Source of the DNA: Candidatus Raymondbacteria bacterium RIFOXYA2_FULL_49_16
Lineage (GTDB): Bacteria > Fibrobacterota > OXYB2-FULL-49-7 > XYB2-FULL-49-35
Direction: 5' to 3'
NCBI GenBank assembly: GCA_001789205.1
Contig: MFYT01000007.1
Location: 3,848-67,847 of the forward strand
Length of the DNA: 64,000 nucleotides
Shown: positions 51,028 through 61,106 of the stretch, in pieces
How the letters are laid out: every line of letters starts with the position of its first letter
Numbering within the stretch: the stretch's first letter is position 1
Notes under the pieces: generated by a model
What the model saw: the letters and a program-made list of their open reading frames with translations, nothing else
Told to the model about the DNA's origin: nothing
Database searches by the model: none
Position numbers and translations under genes: made by a program

Positions 51028-51471
51028 ATGTATCTTTCAAATCTTACACGAAACAAAGGCGCCGCCCGGAAATCCAAGAAAATTGGACGGGGTAGCGGTA
51101 GCGGGCATGGTTGTACCGCTTGCAAGGGAAACAATGGGGCAAACGCGCGATCAGGTGCTCGTCACAAGCCTGGTTTTGAAGGCGGTCAGATGCCGCTCCA
51201 GCGTCGGCTCCCCAAGCGCGGATTCTATAACCATTTCAGCGAAGAACTGGTCGCGGTCAATTTGAGCGACATTGTGCGTCATTTGGGCGACGCTTCCTTA
51301 GTGGATACGGAATTTCTGTTTAAAAAGGGCATCGTGAAGTCACCAACAGTCCCGGTCAAGGTTTTAGGGGATGGTAACCTCGATAAGGCAGTCACTATAC
51401 GTGCAGCCAGTTTCAGCGCCTCTGCCAAAGAAAAAATCGAAAAAAATGGCGGTAAGGCCGAAATTGTTTAA
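51028..51471 (+). CDS. rplO: 50S ribosomal protein L15
   Basis: GRGSGSGHGCTACKGNNG and FEGGQMPLQRRLPKRGF. Confidence 0.96.
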   Translation: MYLSNLTRNKGAARKSKKIGRGSGSGHGCTACKGNNGANARSGARHKPGFEGGQMPLQRRLPKRGFYNHFSEELVAVNLSDIVRHLGDASLVDTEFLFKKGIVKSPTVPVKVLGDGNLDKAVTIRAASFSASAKEKIEKNGGKAEIV

Positions 51472-51526
51472 GCAGAGAGTTCTGGGTGTTTTAGATAAAC
51501 TATAATAGGGAAAAGGATACTGACTT

Positions 51527-52852
51527 TTGACAGACCTACTCGAAACCTTTAAAAATATTTTAAAGATTCCCGATCTCCGGCGGAAAATCGGGTATACCTT
51601 ATTTATTCTCGCCATCTATCGACTCGGTGGCCATGTCCCAACGCCAGGCATTGATCCCATTGCTCTGGGAGAATTCTTTAAAGAATCTCAGAATACGCTT
51701 TTTGGCCTATACGATATGTTTGCCGGAGGTGCTTTCAAGCGGGTAACCGTCTTTGCCCTTGGGATCATGCCGTATATCAGCGCTTCAATTATTCTGCAGC
51801 TTCTTGGCACTGTTTTTCCTGTTCTTCAGAAATTGCAGCGTGAAGGCCAGGAAGGGCGCCAGAAAATTACCCAATATACGCGGTATGGAACCGTTCTGCT
51901 TTCGATGGTTCAGGCTTTTGGTATCGCAATATTCCTTGAAAACATTCAGACTAGGTCGGGCCAGGGAGTGGTTCTTTTTCCCGGCCTTGGCTTCAAATTC
52001 CTGACAATGCTTATTCTGACAACTGGTACCATGTTTATTATGTGGCTTGGTGAGCAGATCAATTCCAAGGGAATCGGAAATGGCATTTCCCTGATTATTT
52101 TCATTGGGATTGTAGCCCAGCTTCCTAACGCTATTTTTTCTGAAGCCCAGGCTTTTTTAACGGGCACCCGGTCTTTAGTTCAGGAAATTGTCCTTCTTGC
52201 AATCGTATTTGCCACAGTGGGATTTATTGTCCTTGTTTCCCAAGGTATTCGAAAGATCCCGATACAGACACCGAAACGGGTTATTGGCAGAAAAGTATAT
52301 GGCGGCCAGACTTCGCACTTGCCGTTGCGGGTGAATACCGCGGGAGTCATTCCAGTTATCTTCGCTTCTTCAATCATGTTTGCGCCCAATACTCTCGCCC
52401 AGTTTTTGCCCAATGTTGAATTCGCCCAGAACATTAGTCTCTGGTTTTCTCCTGGCGCAGCAATGTACAATATTTTCTACGGACTATTAATAATCTTTTT
52501 TACCTATTTTTACACGGCTATCATTTTTAATCCCGTGGATATTGCAGACAACTTAAAGAAAAATGGGGGCTTTATTCCCGGCATCCGCCCCGGCAAGCAT
52601 ACAGCTGAATTTCTTGATAAAATCCTTACCCGCATAACCCTGCCGGGAGCTATTTTCCTGGCATTTATTTCGATCGCCCCCTTTGCTCTTATCAGCGTCA
52701 TGAATGTATCATTTTTTCTTGGTGGTACCAGCGTGCTTATTGTCGTCGGTGTTGCGCTCGACTTCATCCAGCAGCTTGAGTCGCATCTATTGATGAGGCA
52801 TTACGATGGGTTTACTAAAAAGGGACGGATAATAGGACGACGCGGGTATTAA
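51527..52852 (+). CDS. secY: preprotein translocase subunit SecY
   Basis: DLRRKIGYTLFILAIYRLGGHVPTPGID and FALGIMPYISASIILQLL, with 10 TM helices. TTG start. Confidence 0.97.
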   Translation: MTDLLETFKNILKIPDLRRKIGYTLFILAIYRLGGHVPTPGIDPIALGEFFKESQNTLFGLYDMFAGGAFKRVTVFALGIMPYISASIILQLLGTVFPVLQKLQREGQEGRQKITQYTRYGTVLLSMVQAFGIAIFLENIQTRSGQGVVLFPGLGFKFLTMLILTTGTMFIMWLGEQINSKGIGNGISLIIFIGIVAQLPNAIFSEAQAFLTGTRSLVQEIVLLAIVFATVGFIVLVSQGIRKIPIQTPKRVIGRKVYGGQTSHLPLRVNTAGVIPVIFASSIMFAPNTLAQFLPNVEFAQNISLWFSPGAAMYNIFYGLLIIFFTYFYTAIIFNPVDIADNLKKNGGFIPGIRPGKHTAEFLDKILTRITLPGAIFLAFISIAPFALISVMNVSFFLGGTSVLIVVGVALDFIQQLESHLLMRHYDGFTKKGRIIGRRGY

Positions 52853-52885
52853 TGCTCTTTGACAGCGCAGGTAATATACGGTGAT

Positions 52886-53632
52886 ATGATCAATATCTAC
52901 TCACGGGAAGAGATTGATAAGATCCGTAAAGCCTGTAGTCTGATCCCAGCAATATTCCGGAATATCCGGGATATGATACAGCCGGGAATCCAGACCAAAG
53001 AACTTAATGACATCATCGAAAGCCTGATTCGTGAAGGAAATGCGGAACCGGCTTTTCTCGGATATCGTGGGTTTCCTGCGGCATCGTGTATTTCGGTGAA
53101 CGAAACGGTGGTGCATGGTATACCCGGCGACCGGCGGATTAGGGAAGGTGATATAGTTTCAATAGATATCGGAATATATCGTGATGGATTTTATGGGGAC
53201 GCAGCCTTTACCTATCCGGTCGGGCGCATTGGCCGGGAGAAGGAGCGGCTCATCGCTATCACACGCAAAGCACTCGATGAAGGTATCAAGAAAGCGGTTG
53301 CGGGAAACCGGATTTCGGACATTTCAGCGGTTATCGAAGATGTGGTAACCGCCGAAAAGTGCAGTCCGGTACGCGAACTTGTTGGGCACGGAGTGGGGCG
53401 GATGCTCCACGAGGAGCCCCAGATCCCCAACTATCGTTCGCAGGGGACAGAGTATCGCATTAAGGAAGGCATGGTCATGGCAATTGAACCCATGATCAAT
53501 TTGGGAACGTATGAAGTTGAAACACTTGATGATCAATGGACCGTGGTCACCAAAGACCGGAAATCGTCGGCCCATTTTGAGCATACAGTTGCCATTGTAA
53601 ATGGACGGGCTGAAATTTTGACAAACGAGTAG
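52886..53632 (+). CDS. map: type I methionine aminopeptidase
   Basis: [20 protein letters not shown] and EPMI metal-ligand blocks. ATG 52886 is preferred over the track start at 52859. Confidence 0.93.
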   Translation: MINIYSREEIDKIRKACSLIPAIFRNIRDMIQPGIQTKELNDIIESLIREGNAEPAFLGYRGFPAASCISVNETVVHGIPGDRRIREGDIVSIDIGIYRDGFYGDAAFTYPVGRIGREKERLIAITRKALDEGIKKAVAGNRISDISAVIEDVVTAEKCSPVRELVGHGVGRMLHEEPQIPNYRSQGTEYRIKEGMVMAIEPMINLGTYEVETLDDQWTVVTKDRKSSAHFEHTVAIVNGRAEILTNE

Positions 53633-53637
53633 TATTT

Positions 53638-53856
53638 ATGGCAAAGGTCGAAGCAATAAAAATCGAAGGTACCGTGCTGGAAGCACTGCCAAACGCGATG
53701 TTTAACGTCGAGCTCGAGAGCGGCCACAAGGTACTTGCTCACATTTCCGGTAAAATGCGTATGCATTATATCCGCATTTTACCTGGGGACAAGGTCATGC
53801 TGGAATTGTCCCCCTATGACCTGACCAGGGGACGCATAACGTACCGGCAAAAATAA
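53638..53856 (+). CDS. infA: translation initiation factor IF-1
   Basis: [35 protein letters not shown]. Confidence 0.98.
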   Translation: MAKVEAIKIEGTVLEALPNAMFNVELESGHKVLAHISGKMRMHYIRILPGDKVMLELSPYDLTRGRITYRQK

Positions 53857-53866
53857 AGGAGCACGC

Positions 53867-53980
53867 ATGAAAGTGCAGGCCTCAGTAAAAAAAATATGTG
53901 AAGACTGTAAAGTTGTTAAAAGAAAAAGACGGGTATATATAATCTGTAAGAACCCGAAGCATAAACAGAGACAAGGTTAA
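53867..53980 (+). CDS. rpmJ: 50S ribosomal protein L36 (Zn form)
   Basis: Not in the ORF track. Translation is [37 protein letters not shown]. Confidence 0.93.
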   Translation: MKVQASVKKICEDCKVVKRKRRVYIICKNPKHKQRQG

Positions 53981-53992
53981 AGGAGGTGCAGA

Positions 53993-54373
53993 TTGGCTCG
54001 TATTGCTGGCGTTGATATTCCAAATAACAAGCAGGCGGAAATAGGTCTTACATACATTTTTGGATTGGGTCGCACCAGTGCTCGCAAAGTGCTGGTAGAA
54101 GTCAATATAAGTCCCGATAAAAAAATTGGGGACCTCACTGAAGAAGAGATTGGCGCCATTAGGCGCGTTCTTGAATCGAAGTATCAGGTCGAGGGCGCTC
54201 TTCGCACTGAACGCATGATGAACATCAGACGTCTTATAGATATTGGTTCGTACCGTGGACTGCGTCATCGTCGTGGTTTACCGGTACGGGGACAGCGTAC
54301 GCGGACAAATGCGCGTACAAGGAAAGGGCCTCGTAAAACAATCGCGAACAAGAAAAAAGCAGTTGTAGGATAA
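53993..54373 (+). CDS. rpsM: 30S ribosomal protein S13
   Basis: (M)[28 protein letters not shown] start after AAAGGAGG. Confidence 0.97.
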   Translation: MARIAGVDIPNNKQAEIGLTYIFGLGRTSARKVLVEVNISPDKKIGDLTEEEIGAIRRVLESKYQVEGALRTERMMNIRRLIDIGSYRGLRHRRGLPVRGQRTRTNARTRKGPRKTIANKKKAVVG

Positions 54374-54385
54374 GGAGTACCGCGC

Positions 54386-54784
54386 ATGACGACTACTGTC
54401 ACACAGAAAAAAGAAGTAAAAAAAACAAAAAAACGGGTTGAGGTTGCCGGTGTTGCCCATATCAGGGCGACCTTCAACAACACGATTATTTCCATTGCGA
54501 ATCCCAATGGTGAAGTTGTGGCGTGGGCCTCATCGGGGCGCGCTGGTTTTAAGGGATCACGCAAGAGCATGCCCTATGCGGCAACCGTGGCAGCCGAAGG
54601 TGTTGCCAAGGCAGCGCTCGATGCAGGCATGAAAAAAGTAGATGTTCATATCAGAGGGGGCGGCGCTGGACGCGAATCAGCCGTCCGCGCCCTGAAGGCC
54701 GCGGGTCTAGAAATTCTCTCGTTGAAGGACTTCACGGCGATACCCCACAACGGATGCAGACGGCCGAAGCGAAGGAGAATATAA
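54386..54784 (+). CDS. rpsK: 30S ribosomal protein S11
   Basis: [30 protein letters not shown]. Confidence 0.97.
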   Translation: MTTTVTQKKEVKKTKKRVEVAGVAHIRATFNNTIISIANPNGEVVAWASSGRAGFKGSRKSMPYAATVAAEGVAKAALDAGMKKVDVHIRGGGAGRESAVRALKAAGLEILSLKDFTAIPHNGCRRPKRRRI

Positions 54785-54786
54785 TC

Positions 54787-55422
54787 ATGATTGTTTCAAA
54801 CGGTCCCCAATGCAAACTCTGCCGCAGGGAAGGCGCCAAGCTCATGTTGAAGGGCAACCGGTGCTATCTCGATAAATGCGCCATGGAACGTCGCGACTAC
54901 GCACCTGGACAGCATGGGGCGGTACAGCGCCGTAAAAAATCATCAAGTGGTTTTGCCGAACAGCTTCGTGAAAAACAGAAGATCAAACGCATGTACGGTC
55001 TGCGCGAACAGCAATTCAGAAACACTTTCAAGAAAGCGGTCCGTATGCCTGGTGTCACCGGCGAGAATTTTTTGCGGATACTCGAGTTGCGGCTTGATAA
55101 TATTGTTTTCCGCATGGGATTCGCTCCTTCGCGAAATGCCGCGCGTCAGCTGGTAAAGCACGGTCATTTTCTTGTCAATGGAAAGAAGGTTGACATACCA
55201 TCGTTTCAACTGAGAGCCGGTGACGTCGTCTCTATCAAAGAGCGGAGCAGAAAGGTTGAAGTTGTCCATGCGGCGCTTTCGAACCAGGGGCGGGGGGTTT
55301 CCATTGATTGGATACAGGTTGACAAGGTAAAGCTCAGCGGTACAGTGGCCGCCGTTCCCACACGGGACCAGATCCCAACACCGGTCAATGAGCTGCTAGT
55401 CGTTGAATTGTATTCTAAATAA
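54787..55422 (+). CDS. rpsD: 30S ribosomal protein S4 (Zn-finger form)
   Basis: [26 protein letters not shown] and [25 protein letters not shown]. The track start at 54754 overlaps rpsK and was rejected. Confidence 0.96.
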   Translation: MIVSNGPQCKLCRREGAKLMLKGNRCYLDKCAMERRDYAPGQHGAVQRRKKSSSGFAEQLREKQKIKRMYGLREQQFRNTFKKAVRMPGVTGENFLRILELRLDNIVFRMGFAPSRNAARQLVKHGHFLVNGKKVDIPSFQLRAGDVVSIKERSRKVEVVHAALSNQGRGVSIDWIQVDKVKLSGTVAAVPTRDQIPTPVNELLVVELYSK

Positions 55423-55447
55423 TTCATTTTGAAAGGAAATAGACCTC

Positions 55448-56431
55448 ATGAAATGGAAAAATCTTCAGATACCCAAGGGCTACTCGAAGGACGACAGTTC
55501 CGACGAGAAAAGCAATTACGGGAAGTTCGTTGTCGAACCTCTGGAACGGGGATTTGGGATAACCATCGGCAATGCGTTAAGGCGCACGCTGCTCTCTTCG
55601 CTTACCGGCGCGGCGGTCACGCATGTCCGCATCGGCGGTGTGCAGCATGAATTTTCAACCATTCCCGGAATCGCAAAGGAAGACGTGTCCGAAGTCATGC
55701 TTAATCTGAAAAAACTTCGTTTCAACCTTAAAGTCGATGAACCGGTGGTCCTGAAACTCGATGTGCAGGGTGAAGGCGCCGTTACGGCTGAAAATTTTGA
55801 GGAAAATCCCGACTGCGATATTATCTCCAAGGACCAGCATGTCTGTACCATCAACGAGGACGCGGATCTTTCCATGGAAATCACCGTATCTCCCGGGCGG
55901 GGATACAAGACCGCCGAGATGAACAAAAGGGAAAATGATCCTATCGCTATCATTCCTATTGACGCGAATTTCTCCCCGGTCACCAAAGTCAATTTTTCTA
56001 TCGAAAATACCCGTGTAGGACAGCGGCTCGATTACGACAAATTGTTGCTTGAAATTTGGACCGATGGCAGCATCAAACCAGAAGATGCTTTGGCATACGC
56101 GGCAAAGCTTTTAAGTAATAATTTAAAGATTTTTATCAATTTTGAGGGTGAGCTCAAGGAAGCCGAGGAGGCCAAGAGTGAGGATGCTGATAAGAAGCGT
56201 ATCAGGGAACTCTTAAAAATGCGGGTTGACGAACTTGAACTTTCGGTTCGTTCGAGTAATTGCTTGCGTCTCGCGAATATCCATACCATAGAGGATTTAG
56301 TAAAGAACAAGGAGAGCGAGATCCTGAAATACAAGAATTTCGGACGGAAGTCACTTATCGAGCTGAACGAGATTCTCCAGAAAATGGGACTTTCGTTCGG
56401 TATGGATTTGGTATTATACCGGGATAATTAA
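55448..56431 (+). CDS. rpoA: DNA-directed RNA polymerase subunit alpha
   Basis: GKFVVEPLERGFGITIGNALRR and C-terminal domain LELSVRSSNCLRLANIHTIEDL. Confidence 0.98.
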   Translation: MKWKNLQIPKGYSKDDSSDEKSNYGKFVVEPLERGFGITIGNALRRTLLSSLTGAAVTHVRIGGVQHEFSTIPGIAKEDVSEVMLNLKKLRFNLKVDEPVVLKLDVQGEGAVTAENFEENPDCDIISKDQHVCTINEDADLSMEITVSPGRGYKTAEMNKRENDPIAIIPIDANFSPVTKVNFSIENTRVGQRLDYDKLLLEIWTDGSIKPEDALAYAAKLLSNNLKIFINFEGELKEAEEAKSEDADKKRIRELLKMRVDELELSVRSSNCLRLANIHTIEDLVKNKESEILKYKNFGRKSLIELNEILQKMGLSFGMDLVLYRDN

Positions 56432-56449
56432 TCAAAAGGACTATGAATC

Positions 56450-56896
56450 ATGCGGCATCAGAAACGGGGACGAAAACTTAACAGAACCTCCGAACACCGC
56501 AGAGCCATGCTCTGTAATCTGGCGACCTCAATTTTCGAATTCCACAGAGTAGAAACCGGGCATGCAAAGGCGCTTGAAGTGCGCCGGGTTGTAGAGCGCC
56601 TGATCACCTATGGTAAACGGGGAGATCTCAATTCACGTAGAATGGCGTCGAGGTATATCCGCAACAAGGCAATACTGCGGAAACTCTTCCAGGAAATTGC
56701 GCCCAAATTCCAGGAACGCAATGGTGGATATACCCGGGTCATTAAAAAGGGGTTCAGACGAGGCGATAGTGCCGCTGTTTCTATCATCGAACTAGTGGGT
56801 ATACCCAGGATCGAAAAGAAGGCAGTTGTTCCTGAGACGACGGAAAAAGCGTCAGACGGGAAGAATACCGAGTCCAAGGAACAATCGAAAAAATAG
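56450..56896 (+). CDS. rplQ: 50S ribosomal protein L17 (with ~25 aa K/E/T-rich tail)
   Basis: MRHQKRGRKLNRTSEHRRAMLCNLATS and NGGYTRVIK. Confidence 0.97.
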   Translation: MRHQKRGRKLNRTSEHRRAMLCNLATSIFEFHRVETGHAKALEVRRVVERLITYGKRGDLNSRRMASRYIRNKAILRKLFQEIAPKFQERNGGYTRVIKKGFRRGDSAAVSIIELVGIPRIEKKAVVPETTEKASDGKNTESKEQSKK

Positions 56897-56922
56897 CGGC
56901 ATCGTACTTTCTAGAGTGTACA

Positions 56923-56962
56923 CTGGCCCTTTCCCTGCATGGGAAAGGGCCAGTTTTATTTT
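56923..56962 (+). terminator. strong rho-independent terminator of the alpha operon; its T-tract overlaps the stop of convergent cca
   Basis: CTGGCCCTTTCCC-TGCAT-GGGAAAGGGCCAG is a perfect 13-bp stem, followed by TTTTATTTT. Confidence 0.9.
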
Positions 56963-58293
56963 GTATCCAGTGGAAAAGTAGTTCGGACAAATTGTTCCGC
57001 TTCCTCAAACGTTTGTATGGTTTCTTCGAGCTGAAGGTCTTCAACAGCGGTCAGCATTTCCTTGAAACGGGGCCCGGGCGCATATCCCATCTCAAGGAGT
57101 TGTTTGCCTGTGAGGAGTGGGGGGGGGGAGATCTTTTCGTTTCCAAATTCCTGAATTTTCCTTTTAAGGAAATCGTATGTCGAGAGGTCGCCATGACTGG
57201 CTAAACAGTCCAGACGGTGAAGGTCTAACTCGACGGCAAAAACGGGATGCCTGATAAAACGTTTGAGCCGGTTTTGGCGCATTTTGGGAGCATTGATGAA
57301 ATTCATATGGTTATTGACGATATGACAAACGTTTTTAATGGTGTCATTCGGGATTCGCCACCGTTTGAGCAGTTCGCCGGAAATCCGGCTTCCCACATAA
57401 TTATGGTTGTGGAAACGAATGCGGTCTTCAGCCTCTCTGAAGGTCGCTGGTTTTCCGATGTCGTGCAGAAGTATCGCAAGCACAAGAGTCTCGTTCCGTT
57501 CAACAGTATCAAGGGTGTCGAGAAGGCGGAACATCTTCAGCGTATGGTCGTATACATCGCCTTCTGGATGGAATTCCTCTGGCTGGCGTACTCCTTTCAG
57601 CGCATGTATTTCAGGGGCAATGGACAGAAGAAGCCCGCTGGCGAATAGAAGCTCAAGAGCGGTTACGGTATTTTGCTGCAGAAGCATTTTTAGCAGCTCA
57701 TCGCGGATACGTTCCCAACTGACCGCGAGAATGCCAGGAGCGGTCCTTGTAAGAGCAGACCAGGTATTTTTTTCAATGATAAAGTCGAAACGCGCGGCAA
57801 AACGTATGGCCCGCATAAGGCGCAGTTTGTCTTCGTCAAACCGCTGGAGAGGGTCGCCGATAGTGCGGATTGTTTTTGAAGCGATATCATCCAGTCCTTG
57901 TATATAATCTATTACTTTGTCCCGGATAATATCGAACAAAAGACCATTAATGGTGAAATCACGGCGCATGACATCTTCGCGGGCGGATACAAAACGGACT
58001 GATTCGGGGCGCCTGCCATCGATATACCGGTCGTCTGCGCGAAATGTGGCTACTTCGAACTGGTTGTCCCCTTCGAGGACCAGGACAACTCCGAATTGGG
58101 CGCCGACCGCCACGGTATGGGGGAAAAGACGCATGACCTGTTCCGGTGGCGCCGAAGTGGCGATATCGAAGTCGGCTATTGGCCTATGCATAACCATGTC
58201 GCGGACGCAGCCGCCGACCAGATAGGCCTCGCATCCATCAGCGTGAAGATGGCGGATGATTTTATAGGCAATGTCTTTTTTTGACTGCGCCAT
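56956..58293 (-). CDS. cca: CCA-adding tRNA nucleotidyltransferase with HD domain
   Basis: AYLVGGCVRDMVMHRPIADFDIAT, RFAARF and LAILLHDIGKP. Confidence 0.88.
   Translation of the reverse strand: MAQSKKDIAYKIIRHLHADGCEAYLVGGCVRDMVMHRPIADFDIATSAPPEQVMRLFPHTVAVGAQFGVVLVLEGDNQFEVATFRADDRYIDGRRPESVRFVSAREDVMRRDFTINGLLFDIIRDKVIDYIQGLDDIASKTIRTIGDPLQRFDEDKLRLMRAIRFAARFDFIIEKNTWSALTRTAPGILAVSWERIRDELLKMLLQQNTVTALELLFASGLLLSIAPEIHALKGVRQPEEFHPEGDVYDHTLKMFRLLDTLDTVERNETLVLAILLHDIGKPATFREAEDRIRFHNHNYVGSRISGELLKRWRIPNDTIKNVCHIVNNHMNFINAPKMRQNRLKRFIRHPVFAVELDLHRLDCLASHGDLSTYDFLKRKIQEFGNEKISPPPLLTGKQLLEMGYAPGPRFKEMLTAVEDLQLEETIQTFEEAEQFVRTTFPLDTK
57119..57128. repeat. G10 (C10 on coding strand) homopolymer inside cca
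   Basis: Ten consecutive G residues, encoding ISPPPLL on the minus strand. Confidence 0.95.
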
Positions 58294-58313
58294 GGAAGGG
58301 CAACCGGGGAAGG

Positions 58314-58637
58314 TCAGTTTTTTAACGCGGCCGTGATGCGATCCTGGAGGTCTTTTTTTGAGAGCGCGCCGACGATCTGGTTTATCACAGCGCCGTTCCT
58401 GAATATAAGGAGCGTTGGAATGGACATTATGCCGTATCTGCCGGCAATATCAGGACAGTCGTCAACATTCACTTTCCCGATCGTGATGGTCTCCTTCATG
58501 GTTTCGGCAAGTTCTTCCAGGGCCGGTGCAATGGCCTTACAGGGTCCGCACCAGGGGGCCCAGAAGTCGATGAGGACCGGTTTCTGCGCATTGAGCACTT
58601 CAGCGTCAAAATTTGAAGCATTGAATTCTTTTGCCAC
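58314..58637 (-). CDS. trxA: thioredoxin
   Basis: DFWAPWCGPCKAIAP. 107 aa. GTG start after AGGAGG. Confidence 0.97.
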   Translation of the reverse strand: MAKEFNASNFDAEVLNAQKPVLIDFWAPWCGPCKAIAPALEELAETMKETITIGKVNVDDCPDIAGRYGIMSIPTLLIFRNGAVINQIVGALSKKDLQDRITAALKN

Positions 58638-58770
58638 AACATCCTCCTGTTATAATTCCTGAATTCCGTATAAAATCTAATATTCGCGGGCAAAGTATGC
58701 AAATACTTTTTCTGGCAACGTTCAATTCATTTTCATGGAATGAGCGGGCCGTGTTTTTTATTTTAAGAGC

Positions 58771-59544
58771 ATGAAGGTAACCTTTCTAGGAACCGGAACA
58801 TCGTTTGGGATCCCTATCCCCGGATGCCGCTGCAGGGTATGCGGTTCAACAAAGAGCAAAAACCGGCGCCTGCGGCCCGCAGTCCTGGTGTCGACCGGAG
58901 GGAAAAACATCCTGATCGACACTCCACCAGAGCTTCGGATTCAGCTTGTCGAAAATTTTGTCGACCGGATCGATGCAATCTTGTTCACCCACTGTCATGC
59001 GGACCATGTATACGGACTCGATGATATCAGGGTGTTCAGCATGGTAAAGCGAATGCCTGTCTATGGGTCACCAAACACGTTAAACGAAATAAAGAGGATT
59101 TTCCCATACATTTTCATCAGGACGCAGCAAGGCGGGGGAAAACCCAAACTCAAACTCACAGGGGTACATGGCAGGTTCAGGTTTTCGGGAATCACTATTA
59201 TCCCCCTTCCTGTGTTTCATGGAAAGCGGAGTGTTTTTGGGTTTCGGATAGGCGCTTTTGCCTATATCCCCGATTGCAGCGCTATTCCAGCGGCAACATT
59301 CGTGCTTTTACGCGATCTTGATGTCCTCGCGCTTGATGGCCTTAGAAAAGAGCCGCACCCCACTCATTTTTCCTTGGATCAGGCCATTGAGGCCGCACGT
59401 CGCATTGGGGCTCGCCAGACTTTTCTGACGCATATCAGCCATAATCTTGATCATTATTCAACAAACGCGGCTTTGCCCGCAGGCGTGCAGCTGGCCTACG
59501 ACCGGTTGCACGTCACTATTCGACAAACGAGGGAGCCAAGATGA
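58771..59544 (+). CDS. MBL-fold metallo-hydrolase (PhnP/PqqB-like)
   Basis: FLGTGTSFGIPIPGCRCRVC and THCHADHVYGLDD. Confidence 0.75.
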   Translation: MKVTFLGTGTSFGIPIPGCRCRVCGSTKSKNRRLRPAVLVSTGGKNILIDTPPELRIQLVENFVDRIDAILFTHCHADHVYGLDDIRVFSMVKRMPVYGSPNTLNEIKRIFPYIFIRTQQGGGKPKLKLTGVHGRFRFSGITIIPLPVFHGKRSVFGFRIGAFAYIPDCSAIPAATFVLLRDLDVLALDGLRKEPHPTHFSLDQAIEAARRIGARQTFLTHISHNLDHYSTNAALPAGVQLAYDRLHVTIRQTREPR

Positions 59545-60443
59545 ACGAATCAAAACGATGGAAAGTCGGTATAGCAATCCTTGTGCTTCTTTTCCTTGGC
59601 GGGGTCGGTATCGTTACTGTGCTGGGAATTTACTCCTATATGTCCAAGGACAGTGTTGTGGACGGAATGCTAGCCAGCGACCGTATCGCGGTAATCAGGG
59701 TCGACAATATCATTATCGCCTCTGAAACAACGGTGGACCGGCTTGAGAAGTTGAGGACAGACGCGTCGGTAAAGGCGATAGTTCTTCGCCTCAACAGCCC
59801 CGGCGGAGGTGTTGCCGCATCGCAGGAAATCTACGAGGCGGTGAAGAACTGCAAGGCAGAGGGAAAAAGGATCGTCGTATCAATGGGCAGTGTCGCGGCA
59901 TCTGGAGCGTACTATATCGCCTGCGCCGCGGACACAATCGTAGCGAATCCAGGGACCATCACCGGCAGCATAGGCGTCATTTTTCAATTCCCTTATGTTA
60001 AAGATCTTTTCGATAAGATCGGCGTTTCGTTCGAGGTGGTAAAAAGCGGCCGTTACAAGGACGCTGGGTCGGCACACCGCAAGATAACACCCGAAGAACG
60101 CAGGCTCTTTCAAGGCCTAATTGACGATACCTGGATGCAGTTTGTAGAAGCGGTGGTCCAGGGCAGGCGGATGCCAGCTGATTCTGTGAAAGCCATTGCC
60201 GATGGCCGTATTTTTACGGGCAGGCAGGCGAGGGAAATTGGGCTGGTGGATGTACTGGGAACCTTCGAGGACGCGAAATCCCTGGCAAAGAAGATGTGCG
60301 CTCTTCCGGACGACGCAGGTGTCCGCGAATTCCTGCCGCGGCGTAAGCTGCTGGATTGGCTCTCCGGCGACCTGGACAACCTGTTTGGTGCAGTCCGTGA
60401 AAAGGCTGGTCTAAGCGGGCTCTATTATCTTTTTTCTGAATAA
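59541..60443 (+). CDS. sppA: signal peptide peptidase SppA, 36K type
   Basis: N-terminal TM helix. LRLNSPGGGVAAS and GSVAASGAYYIACAADTIVANPGTITGSIGV. Confidence 0.88.
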   Translation: MNESKRWKVGIAILVLLFLGGVGIVTVLGIYSYMSKDSVVDGMLASDRIAVIRVDNIIIASETTVDRLEKLRTDASVKAIVLRLNSPGGGVAASQEIYEAVKNCKAEGKRIVVSMGSVAASGAYYIACAADTIVANPGTITGSIGVIFQFPYVKDLFDKIGVSFEVVKSGRYKDAGSAHRKITPEERRLFQGLIDDTWMQFVEAVVQGRRMPADSVKAIADGRIFTGRQAREIGLVDVLGTFEDAKSLAKKMCALPDDAGVREFLPRRKLLDWLSGDLDNLFGAVREKAGLSGLYYLFSE

Positions 60444-60455
60444 AAAGGAACAGGC

Positions 60456-61106
60456 ATGGCCACGATCCCGGGGATCTACCGGCTTCTGAATGCATGGTAT
60501 GGCGATTGCGGATGGTGGCCGGGTCATTCCCGGCTCGAAATAATCATAGGCGCCATTCTGACCCAGAATACCGCCTGGAGTAATGTCGAAAAAGCCATAG
60601 CTTCCCTGAAACAGTATCGGTTGCTTTCACTTGCCCGGCTACGGGTTATCCTCTGTGCGCGCCTTGCGCGCCACATCAGACCTTCAGGATATTTTAATCA
60701 GAAGAGCAAACGGATCAAAAATTTTATTACATTTCTTGATACTCGCTATCGCGGTTCGTTGCGCGTCATGGCGGCGGCCCCTACTGCCGATCTTCGCGAA
60801 CAGCTTCTTTGCATCAACGGTATTGGCCCTGAGACCGCGGACTCAATTCTTCTCTATGCATGTGATAAGCCGGTTTTTGTCGTTGATGCGTATACGCGGC
60901 GCATTTTCAGCCGTATGGGACTGTTGAAGGAAGATGAGACCTACGATGCCATACAACGGTTTTTTGAAAAGCGAATGCGGTCAGACATCCGGGTATACAA
61001 CCAATATCACGCCCTCATAGTCAATGTAGGTAAGGATTTTTGCCGGAAACTTGACCCTCGCTGCGGTACGTGTCCCTTAGGCAAGGAGTGCGCATGGCAG
61101 GGTTAA
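60456..61106 (+). CDS. endonuclease III-like HhH-GPD DNA glycosylase with 4Fe-4S cluster loop
   Basis: GAILTQNTAWSNVEKAI, INGIGPETADSILLYA, and C-x6-C-x2-C-x5-C (CRKLDPRCGTCPLGKEC). Confidence 0.8.
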   Translation: MATIPGIYRLLNAWYGDCGWWPGHSRLEIIIGAILTQNTAWSNVEKAIASLKQYRLLSLARLRVILCARLARHIRPSGYFNQKSKRIKNFITFLDTRYRGSLRVMAAAPTADLREQLLCINGIGPETADSILLYACDKPVFVVDAYTRRIFSRMGLLKEDETYDAIQRFFEKRMRSDIRVYNQYHALIVNVGKDFCRKLDPRCGTCPLGKECAWQG

